Source of the DNA: Flavobacteriales bacterium
GTDB lineage: Bacteria > Bacteroidota > Bacteroidia > Flavobacteriales_F > PHOS-HE28
DNA length: 64,000 nt
Assembly (NCBI GenBank): GCA_016715995.1
Contig: JADJXF010000018.1
Span: 3,850 to 67,849, forward strand
Direction: 5' to 3'
How positions within the stretch are numbered: the first letter of the stretch is position 1; every line of letters begins with the position of its first letter. This document shows positions 54,175 to 64,000 of the stretch, one piece after another. Both the position numbers and the translations under genes were made by a program. The notes beneath the pieces are model-generated. The model worked only from the letters and a program-made list of their open reading frames with translations, had not been told where the DNA came from and searched no databases.

Positions 54175-56307
54175 TCAGGGCGAGTCGAAGCCGTCCTCCT
54201 TCCAGATGACGCGTCCGTCCGTGAGGCGCACATAGCCGAGGCGCTCGTTCCGTTCCACCTGTGCCAGGTCGGCGCGGACGAGCTGCACAGCATCGTACCG
54301 GAGCGGCAGCACCACCCTGGCCGTGCGATCAATCAGGCCGCTGCCTTGCGCATCACGCGCGATCCATAGGTCGGAACCGGCAGTGACCAATTCGCTGTAG
54401 CGCGGCGCGACCACCTCCTTGCCTGTGCTGTCGATGAGGCCGAAGAGCTCGCCCGATTTTACGCGCGCGATGCCGTTTACCATTTCCCAGGCGAGGTCGT
54501 AGCGGTTGTCGAAGAGCACGTTGCCCCGCCGGTCGGCGCAGCCCCACTTGCTTTTCCTGCGGACCGGGACGAGCGCACCCGTGGCCGGTCCGATGTCAGC
54601 GAACACGCATGGGAAGATCCGCTCATTCCGCGCATTGATCAGGCAGCGCTTGCCTGCGGACTGCACCTCGGCCAAGCCATCGCGGAAATCGCCCCAGCCC
54701 GCCACACCTTCAGCCGCATCATACTCAATGGGGATCTGCACGGCCCCCAACGGCGTGAGGTAGCCGCACTTGCGTCCCTCGACAGCCAAGGCCAGTCCAT
54801 TCACGAACGGGCCGATGTGATCGTACTTCAACGGCACGAGCAGGTCGCCGAAGGGACTGATCAAGCCGGTCTTGCCATCCTTGCGCACGCGGCTCACGCC
54901 ATCGGCACCGAAGCCCTCCACCCAATCGAACTGCGGGGGCACCAGCACGTTGCCCTTCACATCGATGGCGCCGAAGAGCCCATCCTTCTCCACCACGGCG
55001 ATGCCGTTTCGGAAGGTGCCCGCCGACGTGAACTGGAAGGGGATCGCCTCATCGCCGCGCGCGTTGATGTAGCCATAGACTCCATCGCGCTCCGCATACG
55101 CCAGCCCTCCGGAGAACTCGCCCACGTCGCCGAAGATCATGGGCACCACCAGCGCGCCGTTGCGGTCCACCGCGCCCACACGACCGGAGCGCTCCACGGT
55201 GCTGGTGCCTTCGGCGGGGTCGGCCACCTCATCGTACTCGATGGCCACCACCACCTTGCCAGACCGGTTGATCGTTCCTGTGCGGCCATTCAAGCCCACC
55301 ATCGCCTGCGCGCCCTCGAAGGGCTCGGCCCATTCGTAACCGGCCTTGATCCGCTCGTTGCCCTCCTCATCGATGTAGCCCCACTTGCCCTCGCGCCGGA
55401 ACGGCAGCAGATAGAGGCTCGCAGTCTTGTAATCGTCCACGATCTCCTCCACGAAGGGATACTCCGGGAAGTCCTGCAGGAAACGCGTGATGGTGTTCGT
55501 GCTCAGGTCGCGCGTGTACTGCTCGTAGATCGCCCGCCAGGCCTCGTTCACCTTGCGGTTGCGCGGGTTGGCCTGGATGAAGGCATGGTACTCCGACACC
55601 GTGCGTCCAGGCGTGGAGAGCCGGTACACCTCCTCCTCGGCCTGCTGCGTGTAAGGGTTGTCCGGATGCTCTCGGATGAAAGTCCGGTACGACTCGAGGT
55701 CGCGCGCGACGGTGGCCTCGCGGTAAACGGCCTCGTTCAACCGGTTGCGCGCCTCGTACACCTCCTTCGCGCGCGGATAGCGGTCCAGGAAGGCCTGGTA
55801 GGCTTGAGCGGTGTTCTCCTCTCGCGCCACTTGGAAGGCCAGGTGATCGCGCACGAGGGTGGCCTCTGCCGCGAACGGACTTCCCACGTACGCGTTGATG
55901 TAACGGTCGTAGGCCGCAATGGTGTTCACGTTGCGGGCGAGTTCCCATCCGAGCTGGTGCGCATGCCGCTTCTGCGCCTCGATGGCCGCATGATTCACGC
56001 CCAGCTTGCCGATGGCGACGCGCTCTTTGTCCGGCGACGCGGTGAAGGAGGCGTCGGCGCGGGTGATGGCCGCGTAGCAGGAATCGGGATCGTAGTACGG
56101 GTTGTTCGCGCGCCCGGCGATGACGCTGAGCCCGTACCACGCGGCGGCAGGGTGCTTGCGCGCCTGCTTGAGGAAGATCTCGCGCGCCAGGAAATAGTTG
56201 TGCACCTCCAGCGCGGCGAAGGCCTTCTTGAGCGGACCGGCGAACAGCGAGGCGGTGAGGATCGTTGCCGCTAGGATGAAGGCGGCGCGAAGGCCGTGCG
56301 GATGCAT
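54175..56307 (-). CDS. WG (KWG) repeat protein with N-terminal helical repeats
   Basis: Repeats GKWGYID, GVYGYIN, GLFGAID and GKTGLIS; N-terminal AYQAFLDRYP/SYRTFIREHP repeats. Confidence 0.88.
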   Translation of the reverse strand: MHPHGLRAAFILAATILTASLFAGPLKKAFAALEVHNYFLAREIFLKQARKHPAAAWYGLSVIAGRANNPYYDPDSCYAAITRADASFTASPDKERVAIGKLGVNHAAIEAQKRHAHQLGWELARNVNTIAAYDRYINAYVGSPFAAEATLVRDHLAFQVAREENTAQAYQAFLDRYPRAKEVYEARNRLNEAVYREATVARDLESYRTFIREHPDNPYTQQAEEEVYRLSTPGRTVSEYHAFIQANPRNRKVNEAWRAIYEQYTRDLSTNTITRFLQDFPEYPFVEEIVDDYKTASLYLLPFRREGKWGYIDEEGNERIKAGYEWAEPFEGAQAMVGLNGRTGTINRSGKVVVAIEYDEVADPAEGTSTVERSGRVGAVDRNGALVVPMIFGDVGEFSGGLAYAERDGVYGYINARGDEAIPFQFTSAGTFRNGIAVVEKDGLFGAIDVKGNVLVPPQFDWVEGFGADGVSRVRKDGKTGLISPFGDLLVPLKYDHIGPFVNGLALAVEGRKCGYLTPLGAVQIPIEYDAAEGVAGWGDFRDGLAEVQSAGKRCLINARNERIFPCVFADIGPATGALVPVRRKSKWGCADRRGNVLFDNRYDLAWEMVNGIARVKSGELFGLIDSTGKEVVAPRYSELVTAGSDLWIARDAQGSGLIDRTARVVLPLRYDAVQLVRADLAQVERNERLGYVRLTDGRVIWKEDGFDSP

Positions 56308-56379
56308 CGGCGCGAAGGTACCCGCCCCTTCGGCGGTGCTGCGCCACCTTTGCCGCCCGGCATCGACCGGCCCGTGTTG

Positions 56380-58662
56380 ATGGAGGCCCGCATCCAACGC
56401 ATCGAACGCCTGCTCACGCGGCGCAACGCATGGCTCTTGCTGCTGACGCTCGCCGTGGCCTCCATCGGCTTCGCCGTCGCCCTGCGGGATGTGCGCGTGG
56501 ACTACGACTTCGAGAAGTTCTTCCCCAGCGACGACCCCGAGCTGGACCGCTACCTCGCCTTCCGTGAGCGCTTCGGCTTCGACAACGACTTCCTGTTGAT
56601 CGGCATCGAGCGGGAAGCGGGCGTCTTCGACCGCGCGCTGCTCACGCGCGTGGATACCCTCGCCGCGCGGCTGGAGCGCCTGCCGCTGGTGATGAAGGTG
56701 GTATCGCCCACACGATTGAGGGAGCCGGTGGTGACGCCGCTGGGCCTGTTCGAGACCCCTTACCTGCGCTTCGATCAGGATTCGCTGCTGCCCATCGACT
56801 CGGCGCGCATCTGGAACGACCGGCGTGTGCGCGACTTCTTCTTCAGCAAGGACGGCACCGCGATGCTGGTGGCGCTGAACGCCGAGCCCGCGCTCAGCAA
56901 GGAGAAATGCGATGCGCTGCTGGCCGATGTGCGATCCACGCTCGATGACGCAGGCCTGCCGGATGCCCACATGGTGGGCCGCATCGTGGGCCAGGACCAT
57001 TACATCAAGACCATGGTGCGAGAGACGCTGCTCTTCCTGGGCAGTTCCATCGCGCTGCTCGCAATCTTCCTCTGGGTCGGATTCCGAAGCGCGCGCGGCG
57101 TGTGGGTGCCCATCGCCGTGGTGGGCCTCGCAATCCTCTGGCAGGTGGGCTTCATGACGGCGCTGGGCAAGCCATTGGGCATCCTCACCATGCTGCTGCC
57201 CACCATCCTCTTCGTGGTGGGCATGAGCGATGTGGTGCACATCCTCGAATGCTACCTCGAGGAGATCCGCAACGGGGTCCAGCGCATCCGAGCCATCGCG
57301 ATCACCTATCAGGAAGTCGGACTGCCCACCTTCCTCACGGCGGTCACCAGCGGCATCGGCTTCGCCACCCTAGGCACGGCGAGCATACAGCCGTTGCAAG
57401 AGTTCGGATTGTACACGGCCATGGGCGTGCTGGTGGCCTTCTGCCTCGCCTTTGTCATGCTTCCCGCCATACTGATCCTCACGGACCCGAAGAAGTTCTT
57501 TCCGCGCGGCATGCAGCGCTCCCCCTTGGACAGCCGGCTCCCACCGCTCTTCGCATGGACCATGAAGCACCGGCGGCGCATCCTCTTCGCCTTCGCATTG
57601 CTGGGCCTGGTGGGCATGTATGGAGCGTCGCGGATCCGGGTGAACAACTACCTGCTAGAGGACCTGCCTGACAGCGACCCCATGAAGCAAGGCTTCGTCT
57701 GGTTCGAGCAGCACTTCGGTGGCGTGCGTCCGTTCGAGATGGAGATCGAGGCCGCTGATGGGCGCAGCGTGTGGGACCTCGACGTGCTGCGCGAGGTGGA
57801 GAAGGTGCACAACTACGTGGACACCGCCTACGGGGTCTCGGGCATCGCATCGCCGGTGACGGTGATGCACGCGCTGAACAAGGCGTTCAACGGCGGTGAC
57901 CGGTCGTACCAGCGCCTTCCGGATGATTCCGTTGAATGCGCGCGCATGGCACGTCGCGCGAAGCTCGTCGGCCGGCAGCTGCTCGGTAGCATCGTCACCG
58001 AGGACGGACGGCGCGCGCGCCTAAGCGGCCGGATGGTGGACGAAGGCGGCTTCATCCATCAAGGCCGCAACCAACGGCTCGATGCCTTCATCGCCACTGA
58101 AGTGGACACGGGCCTGGTGCGCTTCCACCAGACCGGCATGGCCTTCCTGATCGACCGCAACAATGCCACGCTGAGCTGGCAGCTCCTGCGCGGAATGGGC
58201 CTGGCCGTGCTGCTCACCGCCCTCATCATGCTCTGGTTCTTCCGCGATTGGCGCATGGTGCTCGTGGCGCTCCTGCCGAACCTGTTGCCGCTGGTGCTCA
58301 TCGCCGGCGTCATGGGCTTCCTGGGCATCGACCTGAAGGTGAGCACCGCCATCATCTTCAGCATCGCCTTCGGCATCGCCGAGGACGATACCATCCACAT
58401 GCTGGCCGCGCTGCGCCAGAACCTGCGCCAGGGACGCTCTCCCGCGTTCGCGCTGCGCCGCACCTACAAGCGCACAGGGAAAGCCGTAGCGGTCACCAAC
58501 ATCATGCTATTGGCCGGATTCGTGGGGCTCATCTTCTCCGACTTCGCCAGCATCCATTACATGGGCGTGCTCATCACCTGCACGCTGGCCTTCGCCTTCG
58601 TGGCCGAGCTGCTGCTCCTGCCCGCGCTGGTGGTGGCGCTCTCACGCAAGCGCAAGCCCTGA
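56380..58662 (+). CDS. MMPL/RND family transporter
   Basis: Two repeats with GMSDVVHI and GIAEDDTIH, LTAVTSGIGFATL, about 12 TM. Confidence 0.9.
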   Translation: MEARIQRIERLLTRRNAWLLLLTLAVASIGFAVALRDVRVDYDFEKFFPSDDPELDRYLAFRERFGFDNDFLLIGIEREAGVFDRALLTRVDTLAARLERLPLVMKVVSPTRLREPVVTPLGLFETPYLRFDQDSLLPIDSARIWNDRRVRDFFFSKDGTAMLVALNAEPALSKEKCDALLADVRSTLDDAGLPDAHMVGRIVGQDHYIKTMVRETLLFLGSSIALLAIFLWVGFRSARGVWVPIAVVGLAILWQVGFMTALGKPLGILTMLLPTILFVVGMSDVVHILECYLEEIRNGVQRIRAIAITYQEVGLPTFLTAVTSGIGFATLGTASIQPLQEFGLYTAMGVLVAFCLAFVMLPAILILTDPKKFFPRGMQRSPLDSRLPPLFAWTMKHRRRILFAFALLGLVGMYGASRIRVNNYLLEDLPDSDPMKQGFVWFEQHFGGVRPFEMEIEAADGRSVWDLDVLREVEKVHNYVDTAYGVSGIASPVTVMHALNKAFNGGDRSYQRLPDDSVECARMARRAKLVGRQLLGSIVTEDGRRARLSGRMVDEGGFIHQGRNQRLDAFIATEVDTGLVRFHQTGMAFLIDRNNATLSWQLLRGMGLAVLLTALIMLWFFRDWRMVLVALLPNLLPLVLIAGVMGFLGIDLKVSTAIIFSIAFGIAEDDTIHMLAALRQNLRQGRSPAFALRRTYKRTGKAVAVTNIMLLAGFVGLIFSDFASIHYMGVLITCTLAFAFVAELLLLPALVVALSRKRKP

Positions 58663-58697
58663 CAGCGGGCATCCGTCCGATTCCGCATCTTGGCGCC

Positions 58698-60119
58698 ATG
58701 AAGCCCTCGCTGCCTGTCCGCATCCTCATCGGCCTTGGCGCAGGCATCGCTTGGGCGGTGACCTCCAGCACGATGGGCTGGAGCGCGTTCACCCTCGATT
58801 GGATCGCCCCTTTCGGCGACATCTTCATCAACCTGCTCAAGCTCATCGCCATCCCGCTGGTGCTCTTCAGCATCATCAGCGGCGTGAGCGGCCTGGGCGA
58901 TGTGGCCAAGCTGGGGAAGACGGGCTTGCGGATGCTGCTGCTCTACCTCAGCACCACGGTCATCGCCATCAGCCTCGGGCTCGTGCTGGTGAACGTGATC
59001 AAGCCCGGCGAATGGTCCGATGACGCGCAGCGCATGCGGAACAGGATCTCGTACGAGCTCTGGGTGCAGGAGACAGCGAGCGTGGACAATCCGAAGGATG
59101 GGCTCTGCCTGAGCTGCGACCCCGCCAACAGCGCCTTGGTGGCCGAGGTGGTGATGGCCCGCAAATCCGCGCCGCCCGACCCCGCGCTCATGGGCAAGGT
59201 GGAGCAGGCGAAGCAGGTGAGCGGCGGCCCGCTGCAGTTCCTGGTGGACATGGTGCCGAGCAACATCTTCCTCAGCTTCAACAACGCGCTGATGCTGCAG
59301 GTGATCTTCTTCGCGCTCTTCTTCGGCGTGGTGCTGCTCACCTTGCCCGCTGCAACGGCCACGCCCGTGGTGACGCTGGTGAACAGCCTGAACGAAGTGT
59401 TCATGAAAATGGTGGAACTCGTGATGCGCGCCGCGCCCTGGTTCGTCTTCGCCCTGATGGCCGGCGTGGTTTCGCGCATTGCGGGCGATGACCCCGCCGC
59501 GGTGCTGCAGCTCTTCAAATCGCTCGCGGGCTACAGTCTCACCGTGATCCTTGGCCTGGTGCTGATGGTCTTCGTCATCTATCCCACGGTGATGACACTG
59601 CTGATGCGGCGCAACGTCTTCGCGCGCTTCCTCAAGGCCATCAGCCCGGCGCAGCTCCTCGCCTTCAGCACCAGCAGCAGCGCCGCCACCCTGCCGGCCA
59701 CCTTGGAATGCGTGGAGCAGAACATCGGCGTGAGCAAGAGCACTGCGAGCTTCGTGCTGCCCATCGGCGCCACCGTGAACATGGATGGCACCAGCCTCTA
59801 CCAGGCCGTGGCCGTGATCTTCCTGGCGCAGTTCCATCTGGTCGACCTCACCATCGCCCAGCAGCTCGGCGTCATCCTCACAGCAACGCTCGCAAGCATC
59901 GGGGCGGCGGCAGTGCCCAGCGCGGGCCTTATCACCCTCTTCATCGTGCTCACAGGCCTCGGCCTCGACCCCGCATGGATCGCAATCATCCTGCCCGTGG
60001 ACCGCATCCTCGACATGTGCCGCACCGTGGTCAACGTCACCGGCGACGCCGTCTGCTGCAGCATCATCGCCCACGGCCAAGGGGAGAAGCTGTTCAGGGG
60101 TGAGGAAGTTGAGGGTTGA
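58698..60119 (+). CDS. Dicarboxylate/amino acid:cation symporter (DAACS, GltP-like)
   Basis: FINLLKLIAIPLV, AFSTSSSAATLP, GATVNMDGTSLY and DRILDMCRTVVNVTGD. Confidence 0.95.
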   Translation: MKPSLPVRILIGLGAGIAWAVTSSTMGWSAFTLDWIAPFGDIFINLLKLIAIPLVLFSIISGVSGLGDVAKLGKTGLRMLLLYLSTTVIAISLGLVLVNVIKPGEWSDDAQRMRNRISYELWVQETASVDNPKDGLCLSCDPANSALVAEVVMARKSAPPDPALMGKVEQAKQVSGGPLQFLVDMVPSNIFLSFNNALMLQVIFFALFFGVVLLTLPAATATPVVTLVNSLNEVFMKMVELVMRAAPWFVFALMAGVVSRIAGDDPAAVLQLFKSLAGYSLTVILGLVLMVFVIYPTVMTLLMRRNVFARFLKAISPAQLLAFSTSSSAATLPATLECVEQNIGVSKSTASFVLPIGATVNMDGTSLYQAVAVIFLAQFHLVDLTIAQQLGVILTATLASIGAAAVPSAGLITLFIVLTGLGLDPAWIAIILPVDRILDMCRTVVNVTGDAVCCSIIAHGQGEKLFRGEEVEG

Positions 60120-60325
60120 AGGTTGAGGAAGTTGAGGGCTGAGGGGTTGGAAGTTGCCCAGATCAGGGGGTTGTGCGGTGCCGGTTATCAAATCCTCGGT
60201 GAAGCGCACCCGTATCGCCCTGCGCGGGAACGATCTTTGCCGACGGAAATCGGTTGTCAGTTGATTGTTGTCGGTTGTCCGGCTTTGCAGCAACCCTCAA
60301 CCTCCTCAACCTTCAACCCCCAACC
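60101..60325. repeat. Composite heptamer element: (RRGGTTG)-like tract 60101-60156, GTTGTCN x4 60253-60280, inverted CAACC tract 60291-60325
   Basis: Visible 7-9-nt periodicity. The outer tracts are reverse complements, and the DAACS stop lies inside the first tract. Confidence 0.8.
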
Positions 60326-60333
60326 TGCCTGCA

Positions 60334-63171
60334 ATGAAGAAATGGACGAAGCGCATCCTGCTCACCCTCGGTATCCTCGTCGTGCTGCTGATCGCAGCGG
60401 CCTTCATTCTGCCGATCGTCTTCAAGGACAAGATCGAAGCGGCCGTGAAGCAGGAGGTGAACAAGAACCTCAACGCTACGGTGAACTGGGGCGAGTGGGA
60501 CATCACCCTCTTCAAGAGTTTCCCTGATCTCACCGTGGAGATCGCCGATGTGAGCGTGGTGAACGGGGCACCCTTCGAGGGGACGGAGCTGGCGCGCATC
60601 GGGAAGCTGATCGCCACGGTGGACATCAAAAGCCTCTTCGGCGACCGCATCGACATCAAGCGCATCGGACTCGATCGTCCCAATATCCATGTGAAGGTGC
60701 TGTCCGATGGCCGTGCCAATTGGGACATCGCCAAGGCGGATTCCACCGCAGCGGAGACGCCTGCCGACACGGCCGCCTCCACGTTCGACATCGGTCTGCG
60801 CGAGTACTGGATCGAGAACGGCCGCGTGGTATACGACGATGCCGCGCTGGGCTTCTACCTGGACCTGCTGGGGCTGCACCACAAGGGCAGCGGCGATTTC
60901 ACGCAGGATCTCTTCGTGCTGAAGACCACCACGCGTGCCGATACGGTGAACGTGGTCTTCGATGGCGTGAAGTACCTGCGCAACGTGAAGACCGATATCA
61001 CCGCCGACATCGACATGGACATGCCCAACATGAAGTTCACCTTCAAGGACAATGAGGCAACGGTGAACCAGCTCGTGCTCGGCTTCGATGGATTCATCGC
61101 GATGCCCGGTGACCCCATCGACATGGACATCACCTGGAACACGAAGAAGAGCGACCTGGCCACGCTCCTCTCACTTGTGCCAGCCGAATTCGCTACGGAC
61201 CTGAAGGGAGTGAAGATGAGTGGCAAGGCCGGGTTCAGCGGCTACGTGAAAGGCACCTACACCGAGACGAGCATGCCGGGTTTCGGCCTGGTGGTGGACG
61301 TGGACAACGGCCGCTTCCAATACCCCGATCTCCCCGCAGCGGTGGAGGACATCTTCGTGGACCTGAAGGTGAGCAGCCCCGGCGGCAAGGACCTCGACGG
61401 CACCGTGGTGGACCTGAAACGGTTCGCCATGAAGATGGCCAGCAATCCCGTGGAGGCGCGCATGCACCTCACCACCCCCATCAGTGATCCGAACATCGAT
61501 GCGGAGCTGAAGGCCAACCTCGACCTCGCCAGCGTGAAGAAGGTGGTGCCCATGCAAGGCGACGACCTCACCGGCAACTTCACCGCCGACGTGCGGATGA
61601 AAGGCGCCATGAGCGACATCGAGGCGCAGCGCTACGAGCGATTCACCGCCGATGGCCGCATGATCCTGCTGGGCATGAAGTACCGCACGGATTCCCTGCC
61701 GTACGACGTGGGCATCAACAGCCTCTATTTCGACTTCAGCCCGCGCTACCTCGCGCTCACCAGCTTCGATGGCAGCGTCGGCACGAGCAGCATCCAGGCC
61801 AAAGGGCGCATGGACAACTATCTCCAGTGGTGGCTGAAGGACAGCACGCTCATCGGCAGCTTCGATCTCGCCGCCAATCGGTTCAACATCAACGAACTGA
61901 TGGGATCCCCCGATCCGGCCTCGTCCAGCGCCGCACCCGCCGACACCACGCCCATGAGCGTGATCGAAGTGCCCGGCAACATCGACTTCCGGATGAGCAT
62001 CGCGGTGAAGGAGATCATCTTCGACCAGCTCAACCTCACCAACGTCAAGGGCGGGTTGCGCGTGCATGACGAACGCGTGGACATGAAGGACGTCTTCTTC
62101 AACCTCTTCGGCGGCAGCGTCACCATGGCCGGCGGGTACGAGGCGAAGGACGTGAAGGCCCCGCGCATCGACCTCACCTACAACGTGCGCGAACTCGACA
62201 TCGAGAAGACCGTGACCTACGTGGACCTAGTGCAGAAGGTGGCGCCCATCGCCAAGACCTGCAAAGGCACCTTCAGCAGTACCCTGGCGATGAAGGCCGC
62301 ATTGAACGAGCGCATGGAGGCCGACCTCAACACCCTGACCGGCGAGGGGACGCTCACCACCCGCAACGTCCAGGTGGATGGCTTCCAGCCGCTAGTGGAC
62401 CTCGCGAAGGCGCTGAAGGTGAAGGAGCTCGAGAACACGCGCATCCAGGATGTGGCCTTCACCTACGAGTTCCGCGACGGACGCATGGTCGTGAAGCCCT
62501 TCAACGTGAAGCTGGACCGCATTCAGGCCAACGTAGGCGGAAGCACGGGCTTCGCGAATCAGGACATCGACTATGACATGAAGGCGAAGATCCCCAGCGA
62601 CATCTTCGGCGCGGGCGCGGCTCAAGCCGTGAGCGGATTGCTCGGCAAGGCCAATCAGGCCATCGGCGCCGACTTCCAAGTGCCGAAGGAGCTCGACGCC
62701 ACGATCAAGATCACGGGCACCATCGAGAAGCCCGTGGTGAAGCCGGTGTTCGCCGGCGGCACCAGCAACGTGCAAGAGGCCGTGGTGACGGAAGTGAAGG
62801 AGACGCTCAACGAGGAGATCGGTAAGAAGAAAGAAGAGCTGATCGCGCAAGCGAAAGCGGAGCGCGACCGCCTCGTGGCCGAAGCCCAGGCGCAGGCCGA
62901 CAAGATGAAGGCCGATGCGCGACGCGAGGCCGCTTCTGCCAAGGCACAAGCCTATAAAGCAGCCGACGACCAGGTGGCGCAGGTGACCAATCCGCTGGCC
63001 AAGGCCGCCGCCAAACTCGCCGCCGACAGGGCCAAGCAGGAAGCCGACAAGATGGAGCAACGCGCCATCGCAGAAGCGGACAAGAAAGCCGATGGCTTGG
63101 TGGACGTGGCCCGCAGGAAAGGCGATGACCTGGTGAAGAAGGCGGAGGAGACCGACACGACCGTGAAATGA
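60334..63171 (+). CDS. AsmA family protein
   Basis: N-terminal anchor, FKDKIEAAVKQEVNKNLNA, SLFGDRIDIKRI, a long beta-taco region and an Ala/Lys-rich coiled C-terminus. Confidence 0.85.
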   Translation: MKKWTKRILLTLGILVVLLIAAAFILPIVFKDKIEAAVKQEVNKNLNATVNWGEWDITLFKSFPDLTVEIADVSVVNGAPFEGTELARIGKLIATVDIKSLFGDRIDIKRIGLDRPNIHVKVLSDGRANWDIAKADSTAAETPADTAASTFDIGLREYWIENGRVVYDDAALGFYLDLLGLHHKGSGDFTQDLFVLKTTTRADTVNVVFDGVKYLRNVKTDITADIDMDMPNMKFTFKDNEATVNQLVLGFDGFIAMPGDPIDMDITWNTKKSDLATLLSLVPAEFATDLKGVKMSGKAGFSGYVKGTYTETSMPGFGLVVDVDNGRFQYPDLPAAVEDIFVDLKVSSPGGKDLDGTVVDLKRFAMKMASNPVEARMHLTTPISDPNIDAELKANLDLASVKKVVPMQGDDLTGNFTADVRMKGAMSDIEAQRYERFTADGRMILLGMKYRTDSLPYDVGINSLYFDFSPRYLALTSFDGSVGTSSIQAKGRMDNYLQWWLKDSTLIGSFDLAANRFNINELMGSPDPASSSAAPADTTPMSVIEVPGNIDFRMSIAVKEIIFDQLNLTNVKGGLRVHDERVDMKDVFFNLFGGSVTMAGGYEAKDVKAPRIDLTYNVRELDIEKTVTYVDLVQKVAPIAKTCKGTFSSTLAMKAALNERMEADLNTLTGEGTLTTRNVQVDGFQPLVDLAKALKVKELENTRIQDVAFTYEFRDGRMVVKPFNVKLDRIQANVGGSTGFANQDIDYDMKAKIPSDIFGAGAAQAVSGLLGKANQAIGADFQVPKELDATIKITGTIEKPVVKPVFAGGTSNVQEAVVTEVKETLNEEIGKKKEELIAQAKAERDRLVAEAQAQADKMKADARREAASAKAQAYKAADDQVAQVTNPLAKAAAKLAADRAKQEADKMEQRAIAEADKKADGLVDVARRKGDDLVKKAEETDTTVK

Positions 63172-63207
63172 AGGTTGCGGGTTGTGGGTTGAGGTGGTTG
63201 GGGGTTG
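63172..63207. repeat. GGGTTG-type short tandem tract
   Basis: AGGTTG CGGGTTG TGGGTTG AGGTGGTTG GGGGTTG directly after the AsmA stop; same family as 60101-60156. Confidence 0.65.
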
Positions 63208-63209
63208 GA

Positions 63210-64000
63210 ATGCCGGGCGTGCGGGGCGGCGAACGGAGTGCTTTCAATGCCCAACGGTCCGTGGCCTGCGGGCAGTGGCTTGTGGCGCTTGCATTCATCG
63301 TATTCGCCGGTGGTGCATTCTCCCAGGACATTGAGCCCTGCGCATTGCCCGAGGACAAGAAGATCCTCAAGCTCCTGAAAGACGCCGCGGATGCGAAGGA
63401 CCCGCTGCAGCGCCACGCCAAGCTGAAGAGCGCGCTGGAAGTGGACGACACCTGCGTGGAATGCCGCTTCCGCCTCGGACTCTCGGCGTACCGAATCACG
63501 CGCGAGGGCGGCAAGAGCTTCGCGCCGGCCATCGCCTACCTGGAGGCCGTACAGGAGAAGTGCCCGCATTACCACAGCGACCTGCCGTACACGCTGGGCA
63601 CCATGCGCTACGCGGAAGGCGACTTCGCCGGGGCCGCGCGCGACTTCGAGGCCTTCCGTCGCTTCCCCACAGAGGATGCCACGCGGGTGAGCAAGAACTA
63701 CGACAGGCAATACAAGGAGGTGGAGGACCTCATGCCCGAGTTGGAGTTCTATGTGGACTTCTATCGCAACAGCGCCCCGCTGAACCCGCGCGTCTTGCCC
63801 AATGTGAGCACCGGCGACGACGAGTACCTGCCCATGCTCTCGCCCGACAACGAGTTGCTCCTCTTCACGCGCAAGCGGAAGGTGAAGGCCAAGGGCGACC
63901 TCGTGGCGCGCGAGGTGGAGGAGCTCATTCAGGCGCGCCGCGCCGACCTGAAGAGCGATTTCGATGCGGGCGCCGCGCTTGACGAGCCCTTCAACACGGG
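63210..64000 (+). CDS. TPR + PD40 (PorE-like OmpA family) protein, partial
   Basis: Not in the track because there is no stop. The frame is open from ATG 63210: signal-like LVALAFIVFAGGAFSQ, TPR-like helices (YTLGTMRYAEGDFAGA) and PD40 DDEYLPMLSPDNELLLFTR. Confidence 0.8.
   Translation, partial: MPGVRGGERSAFNAQRSVACGQWLVALAFIVFAGGAFSQDIEPCALPEDKKILKLLKDAADAKDPLQRHAKLKSALEVDDTCVECRFRLGLSAYRITREGGKSFAPAIAYLEAVQEKCPHYHSDLPYTLGTMRYAEGDFAGAARDFEAFRRFPTEDATRVSKNYDRQYKEVEDLMPELEFYVDFYRNSAPLNPRVLPNVSTGDDEYLPMLSPDNELLLFTRKRKVKAKGDLVAREVEELIQARRADLKSDFDAGAALDEPFNT

Overview
This is high-GC DNA (about 63-65% in hand-counted sample lines) from a Bacteroidota genome, most likely Flavobacteriales. The taxon call rests on five T9SS cargo proteins, a PorE-like OmpA protein, BT_3928/DUF1599/folP, a fused TPS-TPP and TAnnTTTG-like promoter motifs. 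Housekeeping blocks (prmA, tpiA, PIN-PhoH, folP, DUF1599, BT_3928, AsmA, DAACS, MMPL) flank a roughly 27.5 kb accessory region (12.8-40.3 kb) between BT_3928 and tpiA. That region holds a P-type ATPase, an osmotic/trehalose module (MscS, TPS-TPP, GH15, ClC), several T9SS cargo genes and a mosaic low-GC patch (about 30.6-35.7 kb). The patch contains a 21-bp tandem array, a membrane protein, a HEPN-like ORF and a coupled Zn-ribbon/DUF2158 operon. The most distinctive non-coding signals are heptamer tandem/inverted arrays (one set flanks a four-helix-bundle gene, one lies in frame inside a coding 5' end, others are orphans) and a second REP-like palindrome family. Several genes have 1-2 nt frameshifts that look like long-read indel errors. 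I found no tRNA, rRNA, CRISPR array, integrase or transposase. All family calls come from motif recognition by eye; no database searches were run.
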